Shown here one piece after another: positions 9,178-18,893 of a DNA stretch of 43,921 nt. Within the stretch, counting starts at the first letter, position 1. Every line of letters starts with the position of its first letter. Below the pieces are notes generated by a model. The model ran no database searches. It was given only the letters and a program-made list of their open reading frames with translations, and was not told where the DNA came from. The translations under genes and the position numbers were made by a program. This stretch comes from a bacterium (GTDB lineage Bacteria > Patescibacteriota > Minisyncoccia > Phycocordibacterales > Zambryskibacteraceae): contig JAHFOF010000001.1 of the NCBI GenBank assembly GCA_023266935.1, positions 103,830 through 147,750 of the forward strand, written 5' to 3'.

Positions 9178-9603
9178 ATGAGCGACATGATCGTCCGCCC
9201 GTTCAAGACGGACCGCAACCGCACGCCGCAGGAAATGCTCAACGCCACCGGCCGTGTCCAGTACACGGACAAGTCCGTGGTTAAGGGCATGCCAAGGGGT
9301 GAGGGTGAGGAAGGCGAAGTAGTCTTCTTCAAACTCGATCGCTACCTCTTGGACGATGACATCGAGAAGGAGTTCGAACTGCGTGGCCTCAAGCCCGCAG
9401 ACCCGTACTCGCTCGCAGCAGTCAACGAAGCCGATCCGGCTTTCGCCGACACACACCCGAACGGCACCCACTGGAAGGATGCCGAAGGCAATTGGTGTTT
9501 CGTCACGTTCAACAGGTGGGACGACGAGCGCGAAGTGAATGTCGACCGCAGCGAGGGAGAGGGGGTTAGCGGCGCGTGGTTTGCTGGCCTCCGTCGCAAC
9601 TAG
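9178..9603 (+). CDS. Hypothetical protein, putative DGR target
   Basis: AAAGGA SD before ATG 9178. GC-rich. C-terminus WCFVTFNRWDDEREVNVDRSEGEGVSGAWFAGLRRN ends TCGCAACTAG. Confidence 0.7.
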   Translation: MSDMIVRPFKTDRNRTPQEMLNATGRVQYTDKSVVKGMPRGEGEEGEVVFFKLDRYLLDDDIEKEFELRGLKPADPYSLAAVNEADPAFADTHPNGTHWKDAEGNWCFVTFNRWDDEREVNVDRSEGEGVSGAWFAGLRRN

Positions 9604-9630
9604 TTTCAAACAAAACCCTTTCTTGGGTTG

Positions 9631-9660
9631 GCGATCTCTCACGAGGTCGCTTTTTTCTTT
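9631..9660 (+). terminator. Intrinsic terminator
   Basis: GCGATCTC/GAGGTCGC stem followed by TTTTTT. Confidence 0.75.
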
Positions 9661-9677
9661 GATATACTTAATGAATC

Positions 9678-11597
9678 ATGCATGAAGATGAAAGCAAAGT
9701 GGGTGAGTTGAACGACGAACTTTATTCGCGTACACAGTATCATCCTCCAGAAGACAAAAGAACTCCCATTGAACCAGTCGAACAAGCGGTAGAAGTCGGA
9801 GATACTTTCCGTGGGCCAAAGCTCGAAGAACTTCTTCAGCACGAACTCATACCCACCACAGAACATCCATTGGTGAAGAAGATTTTTATTCTCGCTCTTT
9901 CTTTTTGTTTATTGGCTGGAGCAGTTGCAGCCTTTATTTATTTTGGAGGAGGGAACTTTATTTCTTCAAAAAATGTAGACATCACAGTAAACGGTCCAGT
10001 CTCAATTTCTGCAGGAGACCCTCTTGATTTGAGTATTATTTTGACTAACAAAAACAACGCCGATTTACAACTGGCCACCATGACCATCGATTATCCAGAA
10101 GGAACTCGAACTTTTGAAGATCAAACCGTTGCCCTTAGTCATCAAAAGATTGCTATAGGTTCTGTGGGGTTAGGACAAAACGTGACCAAAAATATTAAAG
10201 CTGTTTTGTTCGGACAAACTGGAGATATAAAGGAAATAAAAATAACCGTTGAATATGGGCTAAAGGGTTCAAATGCCTCTTTCAATAAAACCAAAATTTA
10301 CCAAGTAGCCGTTGGGGTTACCCCTATCACCTTAACTGTTGATGAACCACAAAAGGTGACCTCGGGAGATACTTTCACCACTACCTTAAATATTCTCGCC
10401 AACTCAACCAATATTTTAAAAAACGTAGTGGTACGGGGCGAGTATCCTTATGGATATAGTCCCGTTTCTACTACACCAAACAGCGTATCGACTGATAAAA
10501 ATGTTTGGGTTCTGGGAGACCTTGCTCCAGGAGACAAAAGAACCATCACTGTTCGAGGAATTTTAGTCGGTGAAAATCAGGACGAGAGGACTTTTAGATT
10601 TTATGCTGGTATTGCTAATTCAGATAATCCAGAAAAATTTGATACATCTCTGGCCCAAACCTTAGAAACCATTTCACTCGATAGACCAAATGTTGGTTTG
10701 AAAATAAATTTGAACGGAGAAAACATCGACACCTACGTCGCTCCTGCGGGTCAGAATATTCAAGGGAGTGTAGCTTTCACTAACAACCTCTCTTCAGCTC
10801 TGACCGATTCAAAAATTGTCATCAAGTTTTCTGGGGCACCGCTTGATCGATTCACGGTTCGAGCTCAAAACGGTGGATTTTATAATTCGAGCGATAACTC
10901 TATTACTTGGACCAAAGACAACACCGATTCTTTAAAAATACTTGAACCGGGAGACAGTGGAGCAGTTTTCTTCAACTTTTCTTCATTGGCCGATCTTCCT
11001 ACTAGCACAAAAAATCCAGAAATAAAAATTCAAGCCAGTTTTGTAGGGACGAGCCAAGGCGGAGGAATGGGGGACACGGCTGTTAGTGATTCAAGTTCGG
11101 TGAAGATTGCATCACAAGTATCTCTCTCGACGAAAGCTTATTATTCCAAAGGACCATTTTTAAACAAAGGGCCTCTACCTCCCAAAGCAGAAAAGATTAC
11201 GACTTATACAATCACTTTTAATTTGGGCAATACGCAGAATGATATAGAGACACCGATAGTAACTGCGGTCCTCGGACCAAATGTGAAGTGGATGAGCGCT
11301 GCGACTTCTTCAGAAAAAATAATTTATAATCCTAATAACAATACTGTTACTTGGACATTGGATAAATTGGTTTCGGGTGCTGGCTTTTCTGCACCTCTAC
11401 GCACGGCTTCGTTCCAAATTTCTCTCACTCCTTCTATAGGACAGATAAACAGTATTCCTAACCTTATAAATAATATTCAGTTTTCGGGGACGGATACCTT
11501 TACAGGCAAGGGTATAAATCTTACAAACCAATCTGTTACTACCACCCTTTCTTCTGATCCAAGGTTTGTTCAGGGTAATGATGTAGTTGTGAAATAG
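9678..11597 (+). CDS. Membrane-anchored extracellular protein with tandem Ig-like/DUF11-like beta domains
   Basis: Single TM helix near residue 70-90, then beta-rich repeats (e.g. WVLGDLAPGD, ITWTKD, VTWTLDKL). Confidence 0.7.
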   Translation: MHEDESKVGELNDELYSRTQYHPPEDKRTPIEPVEQAVEVGDTFRGPKLEELLQHELIPTTEHPLVKKIFILALSFCLLAGAVAAFIYFGGGNFISSKNVDITVNGPVSISAGDPLDLSIILTNKNNADLQLATMTIDYPEGTRTFEDQTVALSHQKIAIGSVGLGQNVTKNIKAVLFGQTGDIKEIKITVEYGLKGSNASFNKTKIYQVAVGVTPITLTVDEPQKVTSGDTFTTTLNILANSTNILKNVVVRGEYPYGYSPVSTTPNSVSTDKNVWVLGDLAPGDKRTITVRGILVGENQDERTFRFYAGIANSDNPEKFDTSLAQTLETISLDRPNVGLKINLNGENIDTYVAPAGQNIQGSVAFTNNLSSALTDSKIVIKFSGAPLDRFTVRAQNGGFYNSSDNSITWTKDNTDSLKILEPGDSGAVFFNFSSLADLPTSTKNPEIKIQASFVGTSQGGGMGDTAVSDSSSVKIASQVSLSTKAYYSKGPFLNKGPLPPKAEKITTYTITFNLGNTQNDIETPIVTAVLGPNVKWMSAATSSEKIIYNPNNNTVTWTLDKLVSGAGFSAPLRTASFQISLTPSIGQINSIPNLINNIQFSGTDTFTGKGINLTNQSVTTTLSSDPRFVQGNDVVVK

Positions 11598-11623
11598 CTC
11601 TAATTTAAGCTAATATTACAGAA

Positions 11624-12859
11624 ATGGCAGACAAAAATCAGGAAGTGATGGACAAGGTTATCTCGCTTTGTAAGCGTCGTGGATTCGTGTTTCAAGGTTC
11701 AGAAATTTATGGAGGATTGGCGGGGACTTGGGATTATGGCCCCCTTGGTGTGGCTTTAAAAAATAATATAAAAAACTTGTGGTGGAACAAGTTTGTAGAG
11801 AACAGAGAAGATATGTTCGGAGTTGATGCGGCTATTATTATGAACCCAAAGGTATGGGAGGCGAGCGGTCATGTGTCCGGATTCGTTGACCCAACAGAAG
11901 ATGGTAAACAATTTAATGTGATGTTTAAAACTGCAGTGGGGGCAGGGGAAGAAGCGATTGATTCATATCTTCGACCAGAAACAGCGCAGGGAATGTTCGT
12001 GAATTTTAAAAATGTGGTTGATGCTTTTCACCCCAAACTGCCGTTTGGTTTGGCTCAAATCGGCAAGGCCTTTAGAAACGAGATTTCTCCGAGAGATTTT
12101 ATTTTTAGAGTTCGAGAATTTGAGCAGATGGAAATTGAATATTTTGTACAAGAGAAAGATTGGAAAGATTTTTTTGAAAACTGGAGAGAACAGATGTTTG
12201 ATTGGATGAAAGAAATCGGCTTACCAAAAAGTTCGATTCATGAATTAGAAGTACCTGATGGTGATAGGGCTCACTACAGCAAACGCACGATTGATTTTGA
12301 ATTTGATTTTCCTTTTGGTCGCAAGGAGTTATATGGCTTGGCTTATAGAACAGATTTTGATTTGAAGAATCATAGTGATTCAAGCGGAGTGGCACTCGAA
12401 TATTTTGATGAAGAATCTGGGGAAAGATTTTCTCCTCATGTGATAGAGCCAACGTTCGGAGTGGATCGAACCGTTCTCGCTATCTTGTCTTCGGCTTATA
12501 CAGAAGACGAACTTGGTGGAGAGAAAAGAAATTATTTGAAACTATCAAAAAACATCGCCCCAATAAAAGCAGCGGTCTTCCCACTTCTTAAAAATAAACC
12601 AGAGTTAGTAGAGAAAGCTCGAGAGATTTATATGATGCTGAAAAAAGACATTCCTCAAATTGTTTTTGATGATAATGGAAATATAGGGAAGAGGTATAGA
12701 AGACAAGATGAGATAGGCACTCCAGTTTGTATTACTGTGGATTTTGATACTCTAGGAGAAAAACCAGAACTCGCGGATACAGTCACAGTTCGAGACAGAG
12801 ATACAGGAGAACAAAAACGAGTGGCTATAAAGGATTTAATTAAAGAAATAAGCACATGA
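11624..12859 (+). CDS. glyQS: Glycine--tRNA ligase (alpha2 dimeric type)
   Basis: LCKRRGFVF, YDYGP-like WDYGPLG, YLRPETAQG, FRNEISPR, IGKRYRRQDEIGTP. Confidence 0.96.
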   Translation: MADKNQEVMDKVISLCKRRGFVFQGSEIYGGLAGTWDYGPLGVALKNNIKNLWWNKFVENREDMFGVDAAIIMNPKVWEASGHVSGFVDPTEDGKQFNVMFKTAVGAGEEAIDSYLRPETAQGMFVNFKNVVDAFHPKLPFGLAQIGKAFRNEISPRDFIFRVREFEQMEIEYFVQEKDWKDFFENWREQMFDWMKEIGLPKSSIHELEVPDGDRAHYSKRTIDFEFDFPFGRKELYGLAYRTDFDLKNHSDSSGVALEYFDEESGERFSPHVIEPTFGVDRTVLAILSSAYTEDELGGEKRNYLKLSKNIAPIKAAVFPLLKNKPELVEKAREIYMMLKKDIPQIVFDDNGNIGKRYRRQDEIGTPVCITVDFDTLGEKPELADTVTVRDRDTGEQKRVAIKDLIKEIST

Positions 12860-12891
12860 ATTAATAGGGCGTAGGCATTGCTAACGCACTG

Positions 12892-12920
12892 TTGACAAAA
12901 TATGGATAAAGGAGTTTAAT
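12892..12920 (+). promoter_or_regulatory. Sigma70 promoter for sigma-28 gene
   Basis: TTGACA-17 nt-TTTAAT, with an AGGAGG SD at 12953-12958. Confidence 0.7.
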
Positions 12921-12962
12921 AAAAACAGGCATGTTATTTATTACCTCAACGTAGGAGGCACT

Positions 12963-13718
12963 GTGGATCAAGATCGAGTATGGCAGAGATACATAAAGGG
13001 TGACGCAGATGCCAAACGGGAGTTGCTGAACGAACACCTGGGGTTGGTGCATTTCGTGTCTCGTCAGGTGGCTCGTGGACTCGCTGTTGACATGAACTTT
13101 GATGAACTTGTCAGTGCCGGCACGCTCGGTCTGATGAACGCACTCGAGAGCTTTGACCCCAAGCGTGGACTTGCTTTCAGTACGTTCGCAGCTCCGCGAA
13201 TTCGTGGGGCGATTCTCGATGAACTACGTCGTCAGGATCACGTACCGCGTTCGATTCGTCGCAAGACCCGCGAGATTAACGCAGCACGTGAGTCGTTGGC
13301 GCGTCAGCTGTCTCGGTCCGCAACCGATCGTGAGACGGCGGACCGGTTAGGTGTAGATGTCGAGACGCTGTGGCGCTGGCAGGCCGACGTGGAAGGAGCG
13401 ACACATCTGTCGTCCGACAGTAACACGACGCCACAGGATCATTCGAGCGTCGCTCCGACGACAGAGCAGTTAGTAGCAAATGAAGAGAGTGAGATCGAGA
13501 ACCAGCTCAACCACGAGCAAGAAGTCGATCTGCTACGTGCGGCTATCATGAAGCTCAAGGAGCAGGAGCGTGTAGTGCTCTCACTCTACTACTACGAAGA
13601 GCTCAAGCTACACGAGATTGCCGAGATTCTCGAACTCAGTGAGATTCGTGTTTCTCAGATCAGATCTAAGGCATTGTCTCGCTTGCGGACCCAGATGAGT
13701 TCGTTGCGTGAGTGCTGA
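12963..13718 (+). CDS. FliA/WhiG-family RNA polymerase sigma factor (sigma-28-like)
   Basis: ELVSAGTLGLMNALESFDPKRGLAFSTFAAPRIRGAILDELR, DHVPRSIR, LSLYYYEELKLHEIAEIL...RVSQI. Confidence 0.92.
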   Translation: MDQDRVWQRYIKGDADAKRELLNEHLGLVHFVSRQVARGLAVDMNFDELVSAGTLGLMNALESFDPKRGLAFSTFAAPRIRGAILDELRRQDHVPRSIRRKTREINAARESLARQLSRSATDRETADRLGVDVETLWRWQADVEGATHLSSDSNTTPQDHSSVAPTTEQLVANEESEIENQLNHEQEVDLLRAAIMKLKEQERVVLSLYYYEELKLHEIAEILELSEIRVSQIRSKALSRLRTQMSSLREC

Positions 13719-13735
13719 AAGGTCTCAATCTCGAT

Positions 13736-13767
13736 GGGCGTCCTAGATAGGACGCCCTTTTTCTTTT
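13736..13767 (+). terminator. Intrinsic terminator
   Basis: GGGCGTCCTA/TAGGACGCCC stem followed by a T-tract. Confidence 0.85.
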
Positions 13768-13795
13768 GTTCAATTGTTTGGTAAACTCACTGCAC

Positions 13796-15070
13796 ATGAA
13801 ATTCAAAAAAACTACGCTCCCAAATGGGCTTCGGATTATCACTATTCCAACCAAAGGTAATCCTTCTGTGACAGTGATGGTGATGACTAAAACCGGCTCA
13901 AAATATGAATCCAAGACTCAAGGTGGTTTGTCACACTTTCTTGAACACATGATGTTCAAAGGCACTAAAAATCGTCCATCATCAGCAATTATTAATAAAG
14001 AATTAGATGCCTTGGGAGCAATGACCAATGCTGAGACGGTCGAAGAATATACAAGTTATTATGCCAAGGCAGAGAAGAAACATTGGAAACATATCTTGGA
14101 AATTATCTCAGATATGTATCTCCATCCAAATTTTCCTCCTGCAGAGTTAGAGAAAGAAAGGGGAGTGATTATCCAAGAGATATCGATGTATGAAGATTTG
14201 CCCCAATATAAAGTTTTAGAAGTTTTCCTTGAACTTTTGTATGGAGATACACCAGCGGGACGATCCATAGCAGGAACCAAAGAAAATATTCTTAAACTTA
14301 AACAAGAAAGTTTTGTAGATTATCATAAAAAACATTATGTGGCAGAAGGTACCACGGTGATAGTAGGCGGAGATGTCTCTGAATATGATGTGATGAAGGA
14401 AGTTAAGAAGTTATTTAAAGATATTCCAAAAGCCAAAAAACCAACCAAAGAAAAAGTTGTAGAGAAGCAAACCAAACCGCAGTTATCTGTTTTGGATAAA
14501 AAGACTGATCAAACACACATCATTCTCGGATTCAGAGCATGGGGAGCAAAGGATAAGAGGCAAATTATATTAGATGTCCTTTCTGGGGTACTCGGCGGGG
14601 GGATGTCTTCAAGGCTCCATCAGAAACTTCGAGATGAGTTGGGCGCTTGCTACTATGTTTATTCAAGTAACCGAGACCTAACAGATCACGGCTACTTCTC
14701 TATATCTGTTGGTTTAGAAAATACTCGAATAGAAGAAATCACAAAAGTCTTATTGGATGAGTGTAAAAAAATAATAGATGAACCGATTCAAAAGGAGGAA
14801 CTTCAGAGAGTTAAGGATTATATAGTTGGGCATATGTATATGGGTTTGGAAACTTCCGATTCACTCGTTAACTATTATTCTCATCAAGAAGTATTAAAGG
14901 GTAATTTAAAAACTCCTTCAGAAATAGAAAAACAAATTCGCGCTGTGACTCCAGAACAAATTCGAAAAGTGGCCAAGGAAATTTTTCAAAACAAGAACCT
15001 AAACCTCGCGATAGTCGGAGATATAAAAGATGAGAAAAGTTTGAAAAAAGTGCTATTATTGGACAAATGA
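13796..15070 (+). CDS. M16 family (pitrilysin-like) zinc peptidase
   Basis: HFLEHMMFKGT (HXXEH), LGGGMSSRL. Confidence 0.93.
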   Translation: MKFKKTTLPNGLRIITIPTKGNPSVTVMVMTKTGSKYESKTQGGLSHFLEHMMFKGTKNRPSSAIINKELDALGAMTNAETVEEYTSYYAKAEKKHWKHILEIISDMYLHPNFPPAELEKERGVIIQEISMYEDLPQYKVLEVFLELLYGDTPAGRSIAGTKENILKLKQESFVDYHKKHYVAEGTTVIVGGDVSEYDVMKEVKKLFKDIPKAKKPTKEKVVEKQTKPQLSVLDKKTDQTHIILGFRAWGAKDKRQIILDVLSGVLGGGMSSRLHQKLRDELGACYYVYSSNRDLTDHGYFSISVGLENTRIEEITKVLLDECKKIIDEPIQKEELQRVKDYIVGHMYMGLETSDSLVNYYSHQEVLKGNLKTPSEIEKQIRAVTPEQIRKVAKEIFQNKNLNLAIVGDIKDEKSLKKVLLLDK

Positions 15071-16119
15071 GAGAATCAGAAAATCATCAATTGTCTATAA
15101 CCACGGGTAGTTGGGTAAGGGGAATCCTCCTAATCTTGGCTGTGATAGCCCTGTTTATCCTTCGAGATTTAGTGTTGGTTATTCTTGTTTCTATAGTAAT
15201 CGCTTCTGCCATTGAGCCGGCGGCTGTTTGGGCTCGGAAGAAATCTATACCTAGATTACCAACTATTTTATCTGTTTATGTGATTATTGGTGCAGTCTGT
15301 GCGGGGTTGTTTTATTTCTTATTCTTGCCCCTCCTCGGTGAGTTATCAAATTTTGTTACTGCTTTCCCAGAGTACACGAAGACTTTCGCTAGTGATCCTG
15401 GGCTTTCAAATATTTTTGGTTCTGTTACTAGTACCATCTCAGCTCAAAATATTGCTACCCAAATAAATTCATTGGTTGCATCTCTTTCAAGTGGCTTGTT
15501 CTCTAGTGCCACATTCTTTTTCGGAGGGATATTTAGTTTTGTTCTTATAATTATCCTTTCATTCTATTTGGCAGTACAAGAAGATGGGGTGGGTAAATTT
15601 CTCCGAGTGGTTACTCCTTGGAAACAAGAAAAATATATCATTAGTCTTTGGGAACGTTCGAAGAAAAAGATTGGTCTCTGGATGCAGGGACAAATTTTGC
15701 TCGCCGTGATTATTTTGGTTTTGGTTTATCTTGGATTGCTTTTGGTTGGGGTTGAGCATCCGTTACTTTTAGCCGTTTCGGCTGGGGTGTTTGAAATTAT
15801 TCCTCTCTTTGGACCTATCCTCGCAGCTATTCCGGCCATCCTCGTCGCCTTCACTGGAGGAGGTATGTCCCAAGCTCTTATCGTGGCAGGACTCTTTGTT
15901 ATCGTTCAACAATTTGAAAATCAATTGATATACCCCTTGGTGGTGAAAAAGGTGGTGGGAGTACCTCCGATGGTTTCTATTCTCGCTCTACTCATCGGGG
16001 GACAGCTCGCGGGCTTTCTCGGAGTGGTTATTTCTGTACCCGTAGCTGCGGTATTTATGGAGTTACTTGGAGATTTAGAAAGAGAAAAAGCCACTAGAGC
16101 CACTGATTTAACCGCCTAA
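15067..16119 (+). CDS. AI-2E family transporter
   Basis: Multi-TM protein, IIPLFGPILAAIP, QQFENQLIYPLV, G..G...SVP. Confidence 0.9.
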   Translation: MRESENHQLSITTGSWVRGILLILAVIALFILRDLVLVILVSIVIASAIEPAAVWARKKSIPRLPTILSVYVIIGAVCAGLFYFLFLPLLGELSNFVTAFPEYTKTFASDPGLSNIFGSVTSTISAQNIATQINSLVASLSSGLFSSATFFFGGIFSFVLIIILSFYLAVQEDGVGKFLRVVTPWKQEKYIISLWERSKKKIGLWMQGQILLAVIILVLVYLGLLLVGVEHPLLLAVSAGVFEIIPLFGPILAAIPAILVAFTGGGMSQALIVAGLFVIVQQFENQLIYPLVVKKVVGVPPMVSILALLIGGQLAGFLGVVISVPVAAVFMELLGDLEREKATRATDLTA

Positions 16120-16121
16120 AA

Positions 16122-17543
16122 ATGAGTCAAAAAAGTTTTTATATCACTACTACGCTCCCGTATGTGAATGCAGAACCACACCTCGGTCATGCGATGGAGT
16201 TTGTTCGAGCGGACATCATTGCTAGGTGGAAAAGATTAAAGGGTGAGGATGTATTTTTTAATACAGGAACGGACGAGCACGGGCAAAAGGTTTGGCAAAA
16301 AGCTACAGAATCCGGAATAGATGTCCAGAAATATGTAGATATGGGGGCAGAGAAGTTTAAAGATTTAGAGAAACTTTTGGGTTTAAGCGAGGATGTGCAT
16401 TTTATCCGCACTACAGATTCTAAACATGTTCATGCGGCTCAAGAATTTTGGAAACTGTGTGATAAAAATGGATTTATATATAAGAAAAATTATAAAATAA
16501 AATATTGTATCGGATGTGAATTAGAAAAAACAGATTCAGAATTGGAAAATGGTAAATGTATTATTCACCCAAATCTTGAATTAGAAATTCGTGAGGAAGA
16601 AAACTATTTTTTCAAATTTAGCGCATTTGGAGAAAAACTTTCAAAATTTTATGTAGAAAATCCAACTTTTGTTGTCCCAGAGAATAGATTCAATGAGATA
16701 AAATCTTTTGTTTCTATGGGTTTGCAGGATTTCAGTATTTCAAGATTGAAAGAAAAAATGAGTTGGGGAGTGCCTGTGCCTGGAGATGAGAAGCATGTGA
16801 TGTACGTTTGGTTCGATGCACTCGTGAGTTATATTTCGACCCTTGATTGGCCGGATAATAAGGAAGAATTTGATAAATATTGGGTGAACAGTACCCCCAC
16901 TCAATATTGTGGGAAGGATAACCTTCGACAGCAATCAGCCATGTGGCAAGCGATGCTTATGGCCGCTGGGTTACCAAATTCACACCAAATCGTCATAAAC
17001 GGTTTTATCCAAAGTGGAAGTCAAAAGATGAGCAAGAGTATAGGCAATGTGGTTAATCCTGTTGATCTAGTGAAAGAATACGGCACAGATGCTCTACGGT
17101 ACTATGTGGCTCGAGAGTTAAGCACTTTCGAAGACAGCGATTTTACTATAGAAAAATTTAAAGAAGCTTATAATGCAAACCTGGCGAATGGGATAGGAAA
17201 TTTAACCTCTAGAATTATGAAGATGACCGAAAGCAATCTTTTGGATCCAGTGAAAATTCCAGAACAGTCCTTCCACAAAGAAATCATTAAGGCTTTAGAT
17301 AATTTTGAACTACAGAAAGCCATGAACCATATATGGAATGAAATCGGAGAACTCGATGCCTTTATTCAAGAGAAAAAACCATGGGAAACAAAGGACAGAG
17401 AGGTCATCAGTACTCTTTTAATTAAACTGAATCATATTGGGTATTCTCTATCTCCATTTATGCCAGAAACATCAAAAAAGATTTTAGATTTAATTAAACA
17501 AAACAAATCTCCAGAAGCTCCATTATTTCTTCGCAAAGAATGA
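16122..17543 (+). CDS. metG: Methionine--tRNA ligase
   Basis: FYITTTLPYVNAEPHLGH, GTDEHGQK, YVWFDAL, KMSKS. Confidence 0.96.
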   Translation: MSQKSFYITTTLPYVNAEPHLGHAMEFVRADIIARWKRLKGEDVFFNTGTDEHGQKVWQKATESGIDVQKYVDMGAEKFKDLEKLLGLSEDVHFIRTTDSKHVHAAQEFWKLCDKNGFIYKKNYKIKYCIGCELEKTDSELENGKCIIHPNLELEIREEENYFFKFSAFGEKLSKFYVENPTFVVPENRFNEIKSFVSMGLQDFSISRLKEKMSWGVPVPGDEKHVMYVWFDALVSYISTLDWPDNKEEFDKYWVNSTPTQYCGKDNLRQQSAMWQAMLMAAGLPNSHQIVINGFIQSGSQKMSKSIGNVVNPVDLVKEYGTDALRYYVARELSTFEDSDFTIEKFKEAYNANLANGIGNLTSRIMKMTESNLLDPVKIPEQSFHKEIIKALDNFELQKAMNHIWNEIGELDAFIQEKKPWETKDREVISTLLIKLNHIGYSLSPFMPETSKKILDLIKQNKSPEAPLFLRKE

Positions 17544-18340
17544 AATACTTCGACATCCATTCACATTTAAACTTCCATGAATATGATGCAGACCCCGCCA
17601 AGGACGGGGCAAGTAGAGAGGAAGTGATAAATAGATTAAAGGAAACAGAGACTTATACAATCGCTGTAGGGACAGATTTTGATTCATCCGAATGGGCAGT
17701 TAGATTGGCACAAGAGAATGAAAATATTTATGCCTGTATAGGAGTGCATCCTGTAGACAATCCAACAAGAATTTTTGAAAAAGAAAAATTTGAAGAATTA
17801 GTAAAACATCCAAAGGTTGTGGCAATAGGGGAATGCGGTTTAGATTTTTTCCACTTAAAGAAAGAAGAAGATTTTGATAGGCAGAAAAAATTATTTTTAG
17901 AGCAAATAAATTTTGCTTTAGCTTATGATAAGCCGATCATGATTCATTCTCGTGATGCATACGAAGAACTTTTAGAAATCCTCGAACCATTAAAAATCGA
18001 ACACGGCAACAAGTTAAGGGGAGATGTACACTTTTTTGCTGGAAGATTGGAGATTGCTAAAAGATTTTGGAAAATTGGATTCACCACTTCGTTCACCGGA
18101 GTGATAACTTTTGCTCGTGATTATGATGAGGTAATTAAAAATGCTCCGTTGGGTATGATTATGTCTGAGACGGACGCACCATTTGTCGCTCCTGTGCCGT
18201 ACAGAGGAAAACACAATGAACCCAGCTATGTAGTAGAAGTTGTTAAAAAAATCGCTGAAATCCGTGGAGAAGACCTCGAGATTGTCCAAAAAGCTATGGT
18301 TTTTAATGCTCAACGTCTTTTTGGCTTAGATATTGCCTAA
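17540..18340 (+). CDS. tatD: TatD family hydrolase/DNase
   Basis: DIHSHL, GVHP, AIGECGLD, IHSRDA, ETDAPF. Confidence 0.93.
   Translation: MKYFDIHSHLNFHEYDADPAKDGASREEVINRLKETETYTIAVGTDFDSSEWAVRLAQENENIYACIGVHPVDNPTRIFEKEKFEELVKHPKVVAIGECGLDFFHLKKEEDFDRQKKLFLEQINFALAYDKPIMIHSRDAYEELLEILEPLKIEHGNKLRGDVHFFAGRLEIAKRFWKIGFTTSFTGVITFARDYDEVIKNAPLGMIMSETDAPFVAPVPYRGKHNEPSYVVEVVKKIAEIRGEDLEIVQKAMVFNAQRLFGLDIA
17593..17614. repeat. Short palindromic element (family B) in-frame in tatD
   Basis: CCCCGCCAAGGACGGGGCAAGT. Near-identical intergenic copy at 19550-19571. Confidence 0.75.
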
Positions 18341-18430
18341 ACTGGGTGTAAATGATAATGTATCCAGACCTCTTCTGTACCCCGCGCCTAGAGCGATGGG
18401 GCTGAGGTTTAAAAATTAATTATAAAACTG

Positions 18431-18889
18431 ATGTCCACTACAGAAGACCACAAGGAAGCAGGTGTTTATGAGCTCGGGTACTTGGTTCTCCCAAGTGTCC
18501 TCGCAGATAACATCGCCCAAGTGGTCTCTACAATTGTTTCTACAATAGAAAAAGCGGGCGGGAAGACTCTAGACTCTGAATCACCATTCCTCGAAGGATT
18601 GGCTTATTCTATGTCCAAATCTGTCGGTGCAAGGAAGTATGTGGTAAACGAAGCATACATAGGTTGGATGAAATTCGAAGCAGAACCAGGAATGATAGAA
18701 GAAATAAAACTTAAAGTGGAGAAGATGGAAGAAATTCTCCGTGTTCTCTTGATTAAGTCTCCTCGAGAGACTTTGTTTACCTTTGCTCAAGCTGAAGAAG
18801 CTCGCAGAGCACGGGAAGAGACTAGCGCCCTTCCTGTAGATGCAGAAGTATCTCCAGAAGTCGCTCCTATAGAACCCGTGATAGAATAA
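18431..18889 (+). CDS. rpsF: 30S ribosomal protein S6
   Basis: YELGYLVLP, LAYSM, ILRVLLIK, acidic tail; position before ssb-rpsR. Confidence 0.88.
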   Translation: MSTTEDHKEAGVYELGYLVLPSVLADNIAQVVSTIVSTIEKAGGKTLDSESPFLEGLAYSMSKSVGARKYVVNEAYIGWMKFEAEPGMIEEIKLKVEKMEEILRVLLIKSPRETLFTFAQAEEARRAREETSALPVDAEVSPEVAPIEPVIE

Positions 18890-18893
18890 ATAT

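Noticed and set aside
18368-18408. S6:S18 ribosomal leader upstream of rpsF
   Set aside because: A hairpin (CCTC..CCCC/GGGG..GAGG) is present, but I cannot distinguish it from the GC-rich palindrome families without a covariance-model search.
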